DNA of 64,000 nucleotides from assembly GCA_028688325.1 (NCBI GenBank), contig JAQTYI010000001.1:302620-366619 (forward strand), in the 5' to 3' direction. The notes beneath the pieces are model-generated. The model saw only the letters and a program-made list of their open reading frames with translations, was not told where the DNA came from and ran no database searches. Shown piece after piece: positions 61,473 through 64,000 of this stretch (the first letter of the stretch is position 1; each line of letters begins with the position of its first letter). A program made the position numbers and the translations under genes. The DNA comes from Candidatus Portnoybacteria bacterium. GTDB lineage: Bacteria > Patescibacteriota > Minisyncoccia > Portnoybacterales > GWB1-42-6.

Positions 61473-64000
61473 ATGAATTTACCGCAAATTGAGGAAAATT
61501 TACTCAAAGTTTGGCGCAAGAAAAAGATATTTGCCAAGAGCTTAAAGAAAAACAAAGGGCGTGAGCGTTTTATCTTTTTTGAGGGTCCGCCGACCGCCAA
61601 CGGCCGGCCCGGCATCCACCATGTGGAGGCCCGCGCTTTTAAGGATGTTTTGCCCCGCTACAAAACCATGCGGGGATTTTTGGTGGACAGAAAAGCCGGC
61701 TTTGACACGCATGGTTTGCCCGTGGAAATTCAGGTGGAAAAAGAGCTGGGGCTCAAAAGCAAAAAAGACATTGAAAAATACGGCTTGGTCAAATTCAACA
61801 AGATGTGCCGCGAGAGCGTTTGGAAATATAAGGCCGAGTGGGAAAAGATCACCGAGCGCATCGCTTTCTGGGTGGACATGAAAGAAGCGTATGTCACTTA
61901 TGAAAATGATTACATCGAAAGCGTTTGGTGGATAGTGAAGCAAATCTGGGAGAAAGGACTGCTTTATAAAGATTATAAAGTGGTTCCGTATTGCCCGCGC
62001 TGCGGGACCCCGCTGTCTTCCCACGAAGTGGCGCAGGGCTATAAAGCCGTCAAAGAAAAATCCATTTATTTCAAGTTGCCGCTCAAGGCCGAGCCGGGTT
62101 CTTTCTTTTTGGTTTGGACCACGACTCCCTGGACTTTGCCGGCCAATGTCGCCATCGCGATCGGGGAAAATATCACCTATGTTAAAGTGAAAGTCGGCGA
62201 AGAAAAATATATTCTGGCCAAAGACAGACTATTTGTTCTAAATGAGGAATACGAGATCGAGGGCGAATTTCTGGGTGGCACACTGATCGGTCGGGAATAC
62301 GACGCGCTTTATGAAATGAAACTGGAAAAGCCGGGGTATCGGGTTATCAGCGCGGAATTTGTTTCGGTGCAGGACGGCACAGGCATCGTGCATATCGCGC
62401 CGGCTTTTGGCGTGGAAGATATGGAAGCGGGCCGGGCCAATGATCTGCCGGTTTTAATGACCGTGGATGAAGCGGGAAATTTCAAGGAAGAGGTGGCGCA
62501 ATGGGAGGGCCAATTCGTTAAAGACGCGGATCCGGAAATTGTCGCGGACTTGAAAAAGCGCAAACTTTTATACAAAGAAGAAATGTATGAGCACGAGTAT
62601 CCTTTTTGCTGGCGGTGCTCAACACCTTTGCTTTATTACGCCAAGACATCCTGGTTCATCAAGATGACGGCATTGAAAGATCAGCTTTTGGCCAACAATG
62701 AACTCATCAATTGGACGCCCGATTATCTAAAGCACGGGCGCTTTGGCGAATGGCTAAAAGAAGTTAAGGACTGGACGCTGTCTCGCGACCGGTTCTGGGG
62801 AACGCCTTTGCCGATCTGGGAATGCGACAAATGTCAGGAAATCAAGGTTGTGGGCAGCGTCAAAGAATTCAGCAAAAAACTGAAAGATCTGCACAAGCCC
62901 TATATTGATGAGGTGGTTTTTGAGTGTTCAAAATGCGCCGGCACGATGCACCGCACTCCGGAAGTGATGGATGTGTGGTTTGATTCGGGCACCATGCCGT
63001 TTGCGCAGTGGCACTACCCGTTTGAAAATAAAAATAAGATCGACGAAGGCGAAGCTTTTCCGGCCGAATTTATCTGCGAAGCCATCGACCAGACCCGCGG
63101 CTGGTTTTACACGCTGCTGGCCATTTCCACGCTGCTGGGCAAAGGGCCGGCGTATAAAAATGTGATTTCCCTGGGTCATGTTTTGGACGCCAAGGGGCTC
63201 AAGATGAGCAAGTCGAAAGGCAATATTGTTGAGCCGATGACCATCATCAACGAATTTGGTGCGGACACCGCAAGGTGGTATTTGTATACCGTTAATCAGG
63301 CCGGCGACCCCAAGCGTTTTGATATCAAGGATATTAAGGATAAATACAACCGGTTTTTCGGCACGCTCTATAACACCTTCATTTTCTTTAAGACCTACAC
63401 CGACAAGACATTCAAGCCGCAAAAATCGTTTACCGCCAAAAATATTTTGGATAAGTGGATTTTATCTTTATTGAATTCTCTGATAATCGAGGTTTCAGAC
63501 AGCTTGGATAAATATGATGTGGTGGCTGCCGCTCGCGCCATCGAGGGTTTTGTGGGCGAGCTTTCCAATTGGTTTGTGCGCCGCTCGCGCCGCAGGTTCC
63601 AGAAACCGGAAACCAAGAGCGAAAAGAACGAAGCGGCGCAAACCTTGTATATCGTTTTGCTGACTCTGGCGAAACTTTGCGCGCCGTTCATTCCGTTTTT
63701 GAGCGAGGAAATATATTTGGGCCTGAAAAAATCCAAGATGGCCGAATCCGTGCATCTTTGCGACTGGCCGGAAGCGGATAAAAAACTCGTGAACAAATCT
63801 CTGGAAGAAAAAATGGCACAGGCCCGTGCCATAGTGGTTTTGGCCTTGGCCCAGCGGGCCTCGGCGGGATTGAAAGTTCGCCAGCCGCTGGCATCGCTGA
63901 AAGTAAAAAGCAAGAATGATAAACTGAAAGCCGACAAGGAATTGCTGGAAATAATTAAGGACGAGGTCAATATCAAAGAAGTACTTTTTGATGAAACGAT
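61473..64000 (+). CDS. ileS: Isoleucine--tRNA ligase (5' roughly 840 codons; runs off the window)
   Basis: HIGH motif PPTANGRPGIHH. CP1 editing domain. KMSKS motif (LKMSKSKGN) at about 63200. No stop before the window end, so it is absent from the ORF track. Confidence 0.9.
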   Translation, partial: MNLPQIEENLLKVWRKKKIFAKSLKKNKGRERFIFFEGPPTANGRPGIHHVEARAFKDVLPRYKTMRGFLVDRKAGFDTHGLPVEIQVEKELGLKSKKDIEKYGLVKFNKMCRESVWKYKAEWEKITERIAFWVDMKEAYVTYENDYIESVWWIVKQIWEKGLLYKDYKVVPYCPRCGTPLSSHEVAQGYKAVKEKSIYFKLPLKAEPGSFFLVWTTTPWTLPANVAIAIGENITYVKVKVGEEKYILAKDRLFVLNEEYEIEGEFLGGTLIGREYDALYEMKLEKPGYRVISAEFVSVQDGTGIVHIAPAFGVEDMEAGRANDLPVLMTVDEAGNFKEEVAQWEGQFVKDADPEIVADLKKRKLLYKEEMYEHEYPFCWRCSTPLLYYAKTSWFIKMTALKDQLLANNELINWTPDYLKHGRFGEWLKEVKDWTLSRDRFWGTPLPIWECDKCQEIKVVGSVKEFSKKLKDLHKPYIDEVVFECSKCAGTMHRTPEVMDVWFDSGTMPFAQWHYPFENKNKIDEGEAFPAEFICEAIDQTRGWFYTLLAISTLLGKGPAYKNVISLGHVLDAKGLKMSKSKGNIVEPMTIINEFGADTARWYLYTVNQAGDPKRFDIKDIKDKYNRFFGTLYNTFIFFKTYTDKTFKPQKSFTAKNILDKWILSLLNSLIIEVSDSLDKYDVVAAARAIEGFVGELSNWFVRRSRRRFQKPETKSEKNEAAQTLYIVLLTLAKLCAPFIPFLSEEIYLGLKKSKMAESVHLCDWPEADKKLVNKSLEEKMAQARAIVVLALAQRASAGLKVRQPLASLKVKSKNDKLKADKELLEIIKDEVNIKEVLFDET

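Noticed and set aside
60620-61615. Full 331-aa version of the minus-strand ORF
   Set aside because: The first roughly 90 codons are low-complexity and overlap the AT-rich ileS promoter region. The internal ATG (MKKRIWIKV) is the more plausible start. Kept with low confidence.

Overview
Compositionally this looks like a Candidate Phyla Radiation (Patescibacteria/Parcubacteria-like) chromosome segment spanning the replication origin. The origin neighbourhood is rpmH-rnpA-yidD-yidC-jag on the minus strand, then DnaA boxes, then dnaA-dnaN and a DciA/DUF721 gene. It is followed by DNA repair and recombination genes (ruvC, yebC, ruvB, ruvA, uvrB, polA, holA, polX, endoQ-like, a family-4 uracil-DNA glycosylase, rarA). 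There are peptidoglycan genes (PBP1A, FemAB-like, MurE-like), translation genes (rpsT, infC-rpmI-rplT, smpB plus tmRNA, argS, ileS) and one clean tRNA-Arg(CCG).

The unusual content falls in three groups.

1. A miniature terminal-inverted-repeat element family. One copy carries a small GIY-YIG nuclease gene. About eight non-autonomous copies sit exactly flush with gene start codons, and twice they supply the last codons and stop of a gene (...ARK*).

2. Three further families of short GC-rich palindromic repeats scattered between genes and also inserted IN FRAME into essential genes (femAB-like, murE-like, polA, tsaE, argS, a waaL-like gene and a thiI-like gene). One insertion breaks the uvrB reading frame.

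3. Accessory modules. A retron-like unit has a 317-aa reverse transcriptase, an upstream roughly 230-nt structured RNA region bounded by perfect 16-bp inverted repeats, and a zinc-ribbon gene. It lies next to an aberrant tRNA-like gene. A low-GC island between argS and the uracil-DNA glycosylase gene holds a complete LexA fused to a DNA amino-methyltransferase, six tandem small sigma-region-4-like helix-turn-helix paralogs and two unknown proteins. There are HicAB and RelE/ParD toxin-antitoxin pairs. A pair of identical 13-bp palindromes sits between the divergent uvrB and ruvA genes and is a candidate SOS operator.

All calls come from reading the sequence and the supplied ORF translations. 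No database searches were run.
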